From: Octopus bimaculoides
Taxonomy: Eukaryota
NCBI RefSeq assembly: GCF_001194135.2
Contig: NC_068986.1
Span: 17,292,402 to 17,344,537 of the forward strand
Reading direction: 5' to 3'
Length of the DNA: 52,136 nucleotides
Positions 36,876 through 49,161 of the stretch are shown here, one piece after another; position 1 is the first letter of the stretch, and the number at the start of each line of letters is the position of its first letter. Under the pieces are notes generated by a model that searched no databases, was not told the origin of the DNA, and saw only the letters and a list, made by a program, of their open reading frames with translations. The position numbers and the translations under genes are program-made.

Positions 36876-37579
36876 ACTACCGAGTCCCGTTCAGAAAAAA
36901 AATTATGATCTCTATCTCCTTAAAAGCCCTACGGCGGAAGAAGAAAACAAAAATAAAAATGAATAAATAATCAAAAAGATCATCTGTAGCCATAATCATC
37001 TGATATCAGGAGATTATGGTGCAACTCATGGAGGAGGAACCGTGCAATGAAGGAGAAACTATATAAAAAAAAACCTATCTTTATCTCTATCAATGTGTTG
37101 AACAAAATTATAAAGCTTTTGTCCGTATTACACAACGAAATACTGTTATTTCGTTATTTTGAGTACGAATATCCATGTTCAGTCTCTGGTGTACAGGTAA
37201 TACTTTATGCGTTTCATTAGATTATGAATTAAATGCTGGGATACAACTGATGCTACAGTTTAAATATATTTTTCATAAAATTAGCAATGTGAGTACAGCA
37301 GTTACCAGTGGTACTGTAGTCAACGAGTAACGAAGTTCTTTCGTTAGATTAATATTTGTGATTTGTTACAAAGCGGTATGTATGTGTATACACACACATA
37401 CGTTAAAGGAAGAAAACATATACAGTATTTCATGCTTTATGAAATATGCAACGCTTCGGCAAGTTGCCACCAGAATAACATAATTGTTTTAAGCACTGAA
37501 GAGGTACTTTTAAAAGATTATATCTTACAAGCAATTATCTAATCTTAGCAGTAATATGGTGAAACGTGTGCATGTTTTA

Positions 37580-38128
37580 CGAGATTGAGTCGAAAAGTAA
37601 TGCCATTTTGTTTAGGACAGGTATAATTACCAACACAGGAACATGTATCATACATCAAAATGAAGCTTATCCTCTGTGGATCACATCCCTACTTCTCAAC
37701 GTACTCACGGTTTCTCTCAATAGCAATGTTCCACCTTCGAATGAGTGCATGTGTTCCTGCCCCGTAAAATTCTGTTGACTGTTCTTTGAGCCACTTCTTC
37801 ACTACAGTTTTCACTTCCTCGTCACTGGACTATCATCTCTTCGGCCCCATGAAAGAGGGTTTGAGAGGCAAACATTATTCCAGTGACGAGGAATTGCAAA
37901 CCGTAGTGAAGAAGTGGCTTAAAGAACAGTCAACAGAATTTTACCGAGCAGGGATACATGATCTTATTCGAATGTGGATTATTGCTATTGAGAGAAACGG
38001 TGACTTTGTTGAGAAGTGGGGACGTGATCAACAGAGGACCAGCTTCATTTTGATGTATGATACATGTTCCTGTGTTGGTAATTATACCTGTCCTAAGCAA
38101 AATGGAATTACTTTTTGACTCACCCTCG
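37580..38128. mobile_element. 549-bp mariner-derived foldback element (two inverted transposase 3' ends)
   Basis: 250-bp arms 37580-37829 and 37879-38128 (about 89% by eye), 49-bp spacer; termini CGAG(GG/AT)TGAGTC; left TA TSD, right TG. Confidence 0.9.
37828..38020 (+). pseudogene. Mariner (DD34D) transposase C-terminal remnant
   Basis: DYHLFGPMKEGLRGKHYSSDEELQTVVKKWLKEQSTEFYRAGIHDLIRMWIIAIERNGDFVEK, the canonical mariner C-terminus after YSPDLAPSD. Confidence 0.9.
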
Positions 38129-38559
38129 TGTATATCATAAAATACTATAAATGTATTCTGTATTTTATTATTTCCGTTATGTAGCTCGTATTCCTCATTA
38201 AACCTATCCCGTAGTTTAATATCCATCGTCGCAGAGGTTTTAGGAATGCTACATGGCACTTACAGATGAACTTGAACATTGCTTATGTGTCGAGCTCTAA
38301 AGAGCATATACACATAAACACTCCGTCCACCCTACACACACATAGACACACAAGCGCAAAACAAAACAAAAACAAATATGTTTATATGAAGGATCAATCC
38401 ATAAAATAATGATGTCTTCAGTTAATGTATCTTATTCACATACCGCAGTTATGGGTTCCAGTTTTCTTTCATTTCCGTATAATATTTGCCGATATAGAAT
38501 ATTATGAGTTTTAGCTTGGTTTCGCTCAGGTTCCGTCTTATTCCTGATAGGATTTATGT

Positions 38560-38788
38560 TGGCAGTGCGTTACTACCTGTAACCTTAGGTATCCACAAAT
38601 TTTCGGCAGTCTTTCAAGTGTTTAAAACCCTCCTGATAATCCTTGCTGTCCCTAAGAGGCAAACTTTCTGTAGGAGCTCTACCGGGCATTCTATTTCAAT
38701 CTTCTTCAGCCATTTATCTTACTGTTCCCAACGCACCAATTATTATAGGCACGACTTTCGCTGTTCGCATGTCCCAAATTCTTCCCAT
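38560..38788 (-). pseudogene. 3' end of an R4/Dong-type RLE LINE
   Basis: Minus strand: GRIWDMRTAKVVPIIIGALGTV / KWLKKIEIECPVELLQKVCLLGTARIIRRVLNT*. Confidence 0.8.
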
Positions 38789-38829
38789 TTGAAATTGGAA
38801 AGATTATTATTATTATTACTATCAATATT

Positions 38830-39000
38830 ACTGTTGTTGTTGTTTTCGCTTTTGGTTTCAAATCCCACCGAGGCCAATCTAGCCTTTCATCATTTCCTGT
38901 TACATAAAATAAATAGCCAGTCTTTTACAGGGGCCGATGGTATCAATTATTCCACGTCTCCTCGAAATTTCTGGCCATAAGCCTAATTCAGAAACCATTG
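38830..39000 (+). mobile_element. SINE family A (head lost, diverged)
   Basis: TTTCAAATCCCACCGAGGCC...GCCTTTCATC...GAAATTTCTGGCC; tail runs into (GTT/GCT)n at 39000-39170. Confidence 0.65.
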
Positions 39001-39083
39001 TTGTTGTTGTTGTTGTTGTTGTTGCTGCTGTTTTTTGTTGTTGTTGCTGCTGTTGCTGCTGTTGTTGTTGTTGTTGTTGTTGC

Positions 39084-39124
<41 letters not shown>

Positions 39125-39199
39125 CTGTTGTTGTTGTCGTTGTTGTCGATGTTGTTGCTGTTGTTGAAGACTGCCGACTGTCGAAACTGTAGAGTGCCA

Positions 39200-39420
39200 G
39201 TCTCGGTGTCAAGCTCAGTCTATTTACCCTTCTCCATATTCCACTATATCGGAGGACCTATCTCAGCCATGGGCACAAGCTCGTTATCTAAAATGAACAT
39301 CCTGTTGTGTGACTTTCACAATCTCGAGCTCGATACAATAAATAAGTCATGTGCTAAGGGTTTAGCATCTTCACCAATGTCCAAAGCTTACAGCTTTATT
39401 CGCATAATAGAAATACTTTC
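39200..39420 (-). pseudogene. Decayed CR1/L2-like RT fragment
   Basis: Minus strand: IKL*ALDIG...VPMAEIGPP, resembling KLxALGIxG...VPQGSVLGP. Confidence 0.35.
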
Positions 39421-39644
39421 TATTGTTATTAGAATAAAAGTCTATATATAAGAATAGGTGGAGCAGCTGAAAGGGTTCCTAGTGGTATTAACATATGTCT
39501 TCCTATGACCCGAGTTCGAATCCTACTGATCTCCGCTTTGTTATTGATCCTGCTATGTTCGATAAAATTAACTACTAGTTTAGTACAGTATTTAATCAAC
39601 AATATATTTGTTACAAACGTTAAATGTTTCTATTAAATAATGTT

Positions 39645-39767
39645 AGGAGGGGACTCCAGCTGTAGAAACCGTGCCAAAACAGATCGTAATAAAGCTTGCT
39701 CTCGTCCTCTGGTTTGACAACTCCTGTCAAACCGTCCAACCCATGCCAACATCGAAAACGTATGATA

Positions 39768-39810
<43 letters not shown>
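39645..39810 (+). mobile_element. 3' end of a retroposon with (GAT)n tail
   Basis: CTCCTGTCAAACCGTCCAACCCATGCCAAC...ATGATGATG; RTE-like tail organisation (from recall). Confidence 0.5.
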
Positions 39811-39811
<1 letters not shown>

Positions 39812-40419
39812 ATCTCTCTGACGGAGTAATGAAGAAAACGTGTGATGGATATAAAGTTGATACAAAGACATGATTACCCAGAGTTACTGGCTGCAATTTG
39901 CTTCTCGTTGTTATTTTCTTCTCTTCGATAGAACATGACCAAGAAATATAAGAGCAAGTGGGTTCCAGCTGGGCTTGAAACAAAACCACCGTGAAATTCA
40001 ATGAATTTTATATCAACCGAATTGCTCCCAACCAGACGCTGTCATATCTATTACATGCAGTGGCGCCAACATTTGGTCATATGTGTACATACACATTCAC
40101 ATATATACAGCCAACCACACGCACACAAACACGAACATTTCGATTTCCTCCAGTGTCTCTCATTTTGAATAAATACGCAAGAGTGAGTCACAAACAATTG
40201 TAATTTATATTTTCATTACTTTTTAATTAGACATCGTATAAAATGCAATAGTAATTGTATTCGTTGTCAATTTGCGCATATATATATATATATATGCATG
40301 TTACCTTGGGCAAATGGTATATATACGCCCGACATACATATATGTACATACATGTACATATATGGGTGTGTGTGTGCTTGTGCCTGTGTGCGAATACGTG
40401 TGCGAATACGTGTGCGAAT

Positions 40420-40463
<44 letters not shown>

Positions 40464-40479
40464 ATGTGCTTGTATTTTG

Positions 40480-40902
40480 ACAACCGGTGTTGGTGCGTTT
40501 ACTCCTCTTAATATATCAGTTCGGCAAAAGCGACCAAATGAAAAGTTTTCAGGTTTTGTCAAAGCACAAAAAACGCTCAAGTACAGGGGTCGATCGGTAC
40601 GGTTAAAATTCTTCAATGTGGTGCTGCAGCATGACCGCAGTCTTATGACAGAATCAATTAAAAGATTACACGATATTTAATTTGACGTTCCGTTGTTGGT
40701 GAGCTCAACAAAACATGTACTCCGTCCAGTTATAGATAAATATCATTTAAATCCTGCATACATTAAATAGTACATACATATACATATATGGCTGTGTTGT
40801 AAGAAACAGTTCCATTGCATGGCAAGTGTCGTCTACTGTAGCCTCGAGCCGAACAAAGCCTTGTGAGTGGAAGTGGTAGACAGAATGTAAAAGAAGCCCA
40901 TC

Positions 40903-40905
<3 letters not shown>
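40480..40905 (+). mobile_element. Two SINE B fragments: 3' half (40480-40660) and head (40790-40905)
   Basis: TTGACAACCGGTGTTGGTG...CAGCATGACCGCAGTC; GGCTGTGTTGTAAGAA...AAAGCCTTGTGAGTGG. Confidence 0.7.
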
Positions 40906-40948
<43 letters not shown>

Positions 40949-41045
40949 NNNNNNNNNNNNNNNNNNNNNNNNNNNNNNNNNNNNNNNNNNNNNNNNNNNN
41001 NNNNNNNNNNNNNNNNNNNNNNNNNNNNNNNNNNNNNNNNNNNNN

Positions 41046-41086
<41 letters not shown>

Positions 41087-41380
41087 CTATGTATGTTCAT
41101 TTGCAGTCATGGCCATGCTGGACTATGTATGAGCCTAAACACCCACCGTAACATTTCTACACACAAACATGCACACAGCATATATATATATATATATATA
41201 TATACACGCGCGCGTGCACATACACATATATATGCAGCGATAAAACTCACGTGAATTCAAAGGAATACATGTTATGTCATATTTAATCAAAGCCCTACTC
41301 ACTGGAAAGGAGTTTTTAGCGAATAACAATAAATTAAAATCAATTATAATTAATATTTTATTATAATACGCTTAAGTAAT

Positions 41381-41764
41381 GCAGGCGTGGCTGTGATAGG
41401 AGGTTTGCTTCCCAACCACATGATTGCGAGTTCAGTCCCACCGCGTGACACCTCAAGCAGGTGTGTTCTAGTTTAACCTCTGGCCCACCAAGGCCTTATC
41501 AGTGGGTTTGGTAGACGGAAACTGAAAGAAGCCCATCGTACACACTTATATGTCTATGAATGTCTGTCTTTGTGTTGGTGTTTATTTCCCACCATCGCTT
41601 GACAACCTGTGTTGCTGTGTTTACGTCCCTGTAACTTAGCGTTTCGGTGAATGATTACTACGCTTCAAATAATATGTATTAGGGGGAAATAGTTCGACTA
41701 GAAACACTTGAACACGGTGCCCCAGCATGGCCGCTGTCTAATGACTGAAACAAGTAATAGATAA
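41381..41764 (+). mobile_element. Complete SINE family B
   Basis: GCAGGCGTGGCTG...GAGTTCAGTCCC...CCAGCATGGCCGC...ATGACTGAAACAAG. Confidence 0.9.
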
Positions 41765-42230
41765 TGAAATAAATCAGAACCGAATGTTGTTAAAATGAAT
41801 TTTAAATAAGCGGTTTACTATAGGCAGGGCCTTTGTGAGGAGGTTTCAACCAGGACGTGAATCCAGGGTCCTGATTGACAGAAAAGGGGTCTGTACCGCA
41901 TACTGATTCACACGTTAATAAAATGAAAAAGAAAAGGAAATGACACCACATTTGAAACAAGAGTGTCCCTCCTATCACAGGGCTGTCTCGATAAATTTCC
42001 TCTAGGGGCCTCGTTAGTATGTCCTTACACACATACACGTACAAGTATATACTCAAACACACAAACACACACACACACACTTACACACAGGTAGGCCCGT
42101 GTGTGCACAAACATGCTCATATATTCGTGTATGAGTGTACTGACACACACACACACACACTTAAACTCTCTCATACACACACATGCATTCTTAAACACTC
42201 ACAAATGAGGCAAATTCTAATTTTATTGTA

Positions 42231-42497
42231 CTAAAGATTGTTTGCCAACATAACATGGCAGTTCTGGTTTAGGACTAATGTTGCTGTAATTTAGACCCAG
42301 GAGACATCGTCTCCAGCTGGCNNNNNNNNNNTGCTGTAATTTAGACCCAGGAGACATCGTCTCCAGCTGGCTATACGACACGATCTGTGTCCTTACATTT
42401 TCAAACAAGGGAATCTAGCATCCCCACTCAGCTCAAAACAATATCTGTCTCCTGGGGCTACCAGGACTGCCATGTTATGTTGGCAAACAATCTTTAC
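42231..42497. mobile_element. Short MITE with about 38-bp TIRs, TA-flanked
   Basis: TA|CTAAAGATTGTTTGCCAACATAACATGGCAGTTCTGGT ... ACCAGGACTGCCATGTTATGTTGGCAAACAATCTTTAC|TA. Confidence 0.75.
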
Positions 42498-42849
42498 TAC
42501 AAAGAACTGTTGCTGAATATCTCACGCTATGAGATTAAAAAATGGTAATTCTCTAATTTTATTGTTCTTCTCTTGTGCATTGAATATGCGTAGAAATCTA
42601 AAACGTAAAGTATTACAGAGATCAGAGAATATGACATTCATTCTTATCCCATAGAGTTTACTGCCAAAAGCAAACTAAATTAAAAAGAAACTGAAAGAAG
42701 ATAAACTTCAGTGATTTTTTATGGAATTGAAACCGTAACCTGGTTATTAATATATCGTTGACAAACTCCAGCTTTGTCTAAGCACGTCAATCTCAATGTT
42801 TTTACCGAAGCTTGTATTGTATTGATTTGCGAGTGTACGTATGATATTG

Positions 42850-42882
<33 letters not shown>

Positions 42883-43017
42883 ACGTTTACGATGGTATAT
42901 GTAGATATCTGTATAGGGCCGCATGCACGTATGCATGTATGTATGTACATGCGTGTACGTATGCATGCATGTGTGTATATACAAACACATAAATATATAT
43001 ATATAAAAACACATATA

Positions 43018-43059
<42 letters not shown>

Positions 43060-44341
43060 AGCATGAATGCATGCACATTTGTGTATATATATGTATGAAT
43101 GTATGTATGTATGAATATACACATATAAGTGAGTGTGTAGGGGGTGTATGTATACGTATTTGTGTTTCCAGGCCCCTGTGTTTCTTTCTGCCTTTGTATT
43201 TGTGTATGTGTCTGTGTGTCTGTGTGTCTGTGCGCGGAATTCTATTTACAGTTTACTTTGATTCTGGGTGTCCATGTAGTGTTATAGCGTTCATGCCTTT
43301 CTCAAAAGTCTTTGTAAAGCCAAGAGCAAAATTCCGACTCTACTAAGACGCTAGTTGTACAACAAGAACGACAACAGAAACACCATTGTATTAGCTACTT
43401 GTCTACTCAAAAATTACTTGTGGTGGTATGCGTGTCTGTGTATCCGTTGTCGTTGTTAATGAAGTAGATGTTGTTGTTTTTGAAGTAGCCGTAGTTGTTG
43501 CTGTTTAGCTCCTATTAAGTTTTGAAGTGTTCCAGCCATGGCCAACCCTTCCTTTGTTGCTTTTGTTGTTTAACCCTCGGTTATTTCTACGTTCTATCTG
43601 CGTTACGATCAAAGAAAATTCAAACTACAATAGCCACCATCCACTTTTCCTTTCTTCTTTTTGCTCATAGCGTATCTAGGACTACACTAGTTAATTCGCT
43701 CACCTACTTTTCTTATGAAAATCCGATGTGACTGGAAGGAACTTTGGCTGCTATTTCCAAGCAATTTTATCAAATCCGTAGTGGTTTCTTTGTTGCATGT
43801 AGTGGCGTTGGCTGCAGGTATGAATCGTTGAGATGTGCATGCCATTCCCGAGGGCAAAACGAAGCGGAAGCGTTTTAATCAAAACCATTACGTCCAAATA
43901 ACAAATTTATCTCGTTTTCCTTTTTGCACTTGTGGTAAGGCCAACAATATGAATGCACACTTGACATATAAAACAAAATGTGCACGCACACACCCACATT
44001 GTTAGAGAAATCTGCATATTGTAATCGCAGACAATACCAGCAAACGCTTATTGTCATCAGAATTACTTGGTTCCAAACACAATGAGAATATTTGTATATT
44101 TACTGATTAATTATTTTATTCGGTTATTGTTATAAAAAATAAACCCCTTGAAAGTAATAACAATAAACGGCTTCTATTGTATATGATTAAAAATGTGCTC
44201 ATATGCAGAAAGATTTTGGAAGGAAGGTTAATACTGGATCAGACTAAATGTTATTTATCTTAGTGACACAGGAAATTTAACTGCTAAAGTCAGCACGGGT
44301 GGAATTTGACCTCAGAATTTCACGAAACGTAGTTAAATAAT

Positions 44342-44548
44342 CCTTTCTACTATTGACACACGGCCTGGATTTTGTTGGGAGAGGGTCAGTCGATCACATC
44401 GGCCCCAGTACTCAATTCATTGACCCCCGAAAGGAACAAAGGCAAAGATGACCTCGACGGAATTTAAACTCAGAACGTAACGACGGGCGAAATACCGCTA
44501 AGCACTTCGTTCAGCGTGGTAACGGTTCTGCCAGCTCGCCTCCTTTAT
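44342..44548 (-). mobile_element. Full-length SINE family A with 15-bp TSD, inserted into an older family A copy
   Basis: ACGTAGTTAAATAAT at 44327-44341 and 44549-44563; older copy at about 44240-44326 continues after 44563. Confidence 0.9.
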
Positions 44549-44656
44549 ACGTAGTTAAATAATATGAGGTACTTCGTCTCATACTGTGCAATAGTTACCG
44601 CTGCTCTATCATCTGGTAATTAATTCTAGTGTAGACACAAGTACACAAGTTTGGAT

Positions 44657-44716
<60 letters not shown>

Positions 44717-44879
44717 GAGAGAGAGATTAGCATATTATATTGCTTCCAGTGTTTCTCTCGTGCATTATATTATTCTGGAAAATTGGAGAGTAAATTTCAT
44801 GTCAACGGGATTCGAACTGAAAACAAGTAAACTCTAAATAGATACTATAATATATTTTGTCCGACCTTCTGAAGATTCC

Positions 44880-46425
44880 ACCAATACACTGCTTTCAATA
44901 ATTGTTTCCAACGTTGGCAGAAAACCAGAAATGTTTGGGGGAGCGGGGTTATTCGATTCTATCGACTTCAACTCTAGTTTGACTGGTACTTTAGTTTCTC
45001 AAAAATAAATAAAACTAAATCTGGTCTCTCGAAGGATTCGAACTCAGAATGTAAAGACCTGGATTAAAAACCCTTTAAAGAATAAAATTTCCGACACGTT
45101 ATCGATTCTGCCATACCCATGACGCTTTGCTTTGCTTACTAAAACGAATGCTATTGTTTCCAATTTAGGCACAGCATCAGAACTATCGAGGTATTTATTA
45201 GTCGCTTATGTCAAGCTCCAGTACTTTTAGAGACGGTAGAGGGATGAAAGGTAAAAACTCACCATGATGGTGGTTTGTTCTCAGGACATAAAGAACCAAC
45301 TCAAAACTCATTAGAGAATTTGCCTGATGCTGTAACAATTTTGACAATCATCACCCTTCTAGGGTTTGACAATGGTTTCAGATTTCAGAGCAAGATTAGC
45401 AAATTTGGAGTGAGAGGAGGACTGCGACGACTGCGGCGAGGAGCATGTCGTCGCCGTCGTCGGCGGCGGGTAGGAAGCGTGAGGCGCGGTCCCAGCTACG
45501 TGGACGGAGTCCAGCGGCACACAGCAGCGACGAGGACAATATCATCGACACAAGTACTAAACTGGCACTTTATTTCCTTGATCTTGGAGGGATGAAAAGC
45601 AATGGTGAACCTGGTGGGATTTGAACTAAGAGATGAAACAAATACCTCTATATGGTGGTTTAAACTGCTAGAAATAGCAACCAAACCTGACTTGAAACAC
45701 AAGTCCTGCAATCTAGGATCAAAGAAAACATTGTATTATTGTTCTCAAGCAATAACGTGTTCACTTCTCACTCTTTCCTCATACAAATTTGAAAATAATG
45801 ATTAGTGTAATTGTTTTCAATTTTTGGCAGAAGGTCAGGAAGTTTGGGGGAAGGAGTAAATTGACAACATCGACCCCAACGCCCAACTGATATTTATTTT
45901 ATTGATCACGAATGGTTGAAAGGTATCTCGACCCCGGCGGAATTTGAACGTAAAAACGAACGGAATGTCGCTAAATATTTTGTCCTGAGCGGTAAAGATT
46001 CGTTTCTACTCTAGGTACAAGGCCCAACATTTTGGGAAGAGTCCAGTCGATTAGATCTAGCTAGTAAGCAACTGGTACTTAATTTATCGATCCCGAATGG
46101 ATGAAAGACAAAGTTGACCTCGGCGGAATTTGAACTCAGAACGTAAAGTCAGACGAAATACTGCTAAGCATTTCGCCCGGCGTGTTAACATTTCTTATTT
46201 CTTTATTGCCCAGAAGGGGCTAAACATAGAGGAGACAAACAAGGACAGACGAGGGGATTTAGTCGATTACACCGACCCAGTGTGTAACTGGTACTTAATT
46301 TCTTGACCCCGAAAAGATGAAAGGCAAAGTCGACCTCGGCGGAATTTGAACTCAGAACGTAACGGCAGACGAAATACCGCCAAGCATTTCGCCCGGCGTG
46401 CTAACGTTTCTGCCAGCTCACAGCC
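44880..46425 (-). mobile_element. Cluster of about six minus-strand SINE A copies of differing age
   Basis: Copies at about 44880-45110, 45150-45350, 45555-45640, 45810-46000, 46000-46190 and 46195-46425 (A2 tail). Confidence 0.75.
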
Positions 46426-46668
46426 TCAGTGATTGCTATGCTATAACTGGTGCTAAAAAAAAGTAGAAGATAAAAAATTTTTTGTTGTTTAACACCGAGA
46501 GGGCCCTCATCGAGCAGACATATGATGAAAGGTAATCCAGTCATGAAGATCCCGTGTTTTTTTTATTTATTTATTATTTTTTTTAATAGGGAACCAGGAC
46601 AACAAAACTAAAGTATATATTCCTGAGTTAAATCTTCGTGAATTTTAAGATATAGAAAAAAGTGGAAG

Positions 46669-46714
<46 letters not shown>

Positions 46715-46931
46715 TGAGTGAGTGAGAGAGAGAGAGAGAGAGAAAGGGAGTAAGTGAGGGAGTGGGAGAGAGAGAGAGCATGCTGGTGTAATGGATCAAT
46801 GAAAAGAGTGAGAAGTGAACACGTTATTGCTTGAGAACAATAATCCAATGTTTTCTTTGATCTCAGACTGGAGGACGTGTGTTTCAAGTCAGGTTTGGTT
46901 GCTATTTCTAGCAGTTTAATTGACCACATAG
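45648..46931. repeat. Inverted pair of 129-bp segments (45648-45776 and 46803-46931)
   Basis: About 92% identity by eye; both contain CTGCTAGAAATAGCAACCAAA, a motif also seen near 32925, 43750 and 48915. Confidence 0.9.
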
Positions 46932-47689
46932 AAGTTCTCTGTGAGGTGGTGGCTGTAATACTATTAGGGAGAACGGCAATGGTGGTGGTGTTGGTGGTGG
47001 TGGGTTGGTGCTGGTGGGTGCTAGGATTCGACTTGTTGCTGGATGTATTCTTAGGGAGGACGGTGCCCTTCCCAGTAATGGAGGTGGTGGTGGTGGTGGA
47101 AGTCTTCGTGGTTGTGATGGTGGTGGTGTTGGAAAACTTTGTGCCGATAGAGGTAAAAGTTTAACAGACGGTCGCTTTTGATCGTACAGACATATGATCA
47201 AAAACATTCCATTTGTGACCATCCTGGCTTGTTTTGCTTGTGCATAGAGATTCCAAGTCCATATTAAACATGTCCTTTTCCTTATTATTTATTTTTGCTT
47301 TAAAACACAGTGAGGCGTTACTTAAGGGAAATTTGAGTTTTATTTCTAGCAATAAAGATGACCACGTAAGGACTCCACCCATTAACTTGCATTCATGATC
47401 TTCGGGCCTCACGTTGTATTATCGAGGGCGTTAAACAAGGTGTCACAGTGCCGTGAGCAGAGACAATTATGGCAACACGACTTAAAAGAAAAAAAATGTG
47501 GGGCACGACAGGGCCAAACAAAATTTTGCGCCGCCCCAGAAATCGAAGGGGGACGGCAGATGATCCAACAAACCTTCGCACTCAACCACTTAAAATTTAA
47601 TTCAAAATCTGATGTGAACATTATTTTATAAATCCACGTAAGTTTTAAAGGAAATTGTAATCCCTAAACGATTTGAACACAAATAAATA

Positions 47690-47940
47690 ATGGATTCTAA
47701 TTTTGACACGGGGCCAGCAATTTCAGGGGAATGGGAGTAAGTCGATTACATCGCCCCCCCCCCCCCNNNNNNNNNNNNNNNNNNNNNNACCAGTAATCAA
47801 CTGGTACTTATGATATGGATTCCGAAAGGATAAAAGGCTAAATCGACTGAGACGGAATTTGAACTCACACTGTAAAGACGGACGAAATGCCGCTAAGCAT
47901 TTTATCCGGCGTGCAAACGATGCTGCTGCCAGGTCGATGC
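47690..47940 (-). mobile_element. SINE family A
   Basis: GGGCCAGCAATTTC...GTCGATTACATCG...GGAATTTGAACTC...GCATTTTATCCGGCGTGC. Confidence 0.8.
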
Positions 47941-48254
47941 TTTGCTATTTAAATAAATAATAAATAAAAAAAAATATATATATATATATTTGCTTTCTGC
48001 TTCTCATTTTTTCTTTCGCTCAATGTGTGTGTCTGTGCATGTATATCCACATACACGCAAACACGCGCGCGCGCGCACACACACACACACATATAAACAC
48101 ACACAAAAGAGCGATAGGGATTTACGAAAGCTACCAGGCCGAAACTTCGAAGTCACTATCATCCTTCTTCTAAGAATATATTACATAAACACTGTACTCA
48201 ATGTACTGAGTAATTTTTCAGTTTTTATTATAACTCGATATAAAGACAAACATT

Positions 48255-48299
48255 AATCTATCTATCTGTCTATATATCAATCAATCAATCAATCAATCA

Positions 48300-48335
<36 letters not shown>

Positions 48336-48339
48336 GTCC

Positions 48340-48370
<31 letters not shown>

Positions 48371-48371
48371 A

Positions 48372-48427
<56 letters not shown>

Positions 48428-48430
48428 GTC
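48255..48430. repeat. (ATCT)n/(ATCA)n tetranucleotide array
   Basis: Read directly. Confidence 0.95.
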
Positions 48431-49116
48431 TAGCTGCATAATATTCCTGACTGATTTTCCCTCTCTAACTTGTCTTGGTTTCATAATCAAAAAGAATTAA
48501 AACGTCTAACAGCGACAAAGTACACGAAAATCGAATGAGTCAATGCCATTATTTTCTTGCTGTTTTATTTTATAAACACTAGAAGACATAAGAGAGACGA
48601 TCACGGTGCGATTTGAACTTAGAACGTAGAAACATATAATGAGATACAGCCAGGCTTTCATGTGCACCATCACGCTACAATATGTACAGTTCTTTTATCT
48701 TATAATAAATTGAAAATCGGGGCCACATATACGAATACGATAACCAGAGGTTGCAATGAAGATGAGGTGGTCACGATTAGAATGTATTTGAGCATAGACG
48801 TGCAAGTTCAGGTTTCACATTAGTCAAAACATCAAACAAACTTTGAAATGATGACAACGACAGCCAAAGTCCGTCAGTCAATGAGCGAACCTCTAAATAA
48901 TCACCCAATCTACTAGAAATAGTAACCAAATCTCTCGTAAATGATATTTTCGATTAGATAACAAAAGGCGAAACCGATAAATTAGTTGGTGATATGAAAG
49001 AGAAAAAGCCTTTGAACATAAACCTGATTGCATGTATGGATAGATGGATGGATGGATGGATGCATATACATGTGTGCACACACACACACACATATACATG
49101 CGTGTGTACCCCCCCC

Positions 49117-49161
<45 letters not shown>

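Noticed and set aside
37140-37202. Strong donor CAG|GTAATA at 37197
   Set aside because: The in-frame upstream acceptor is a rare GAG; no credible exon.
41802-42080. 92-aa minus-strand ORF in partly unique sequence
   Set aside because: Begins in a microsatellite; no homology recognised and no donor site.
42282-42371. 40-bp direct repeat around a 10-N gap inside the MITE
   Set aside because: Same gap-overlap artefact.
46877-47631. Overlapping ORFs in a GGT-rich and unique stretch
   Set aside because: No recognisable motif or coherent exon boundaries.
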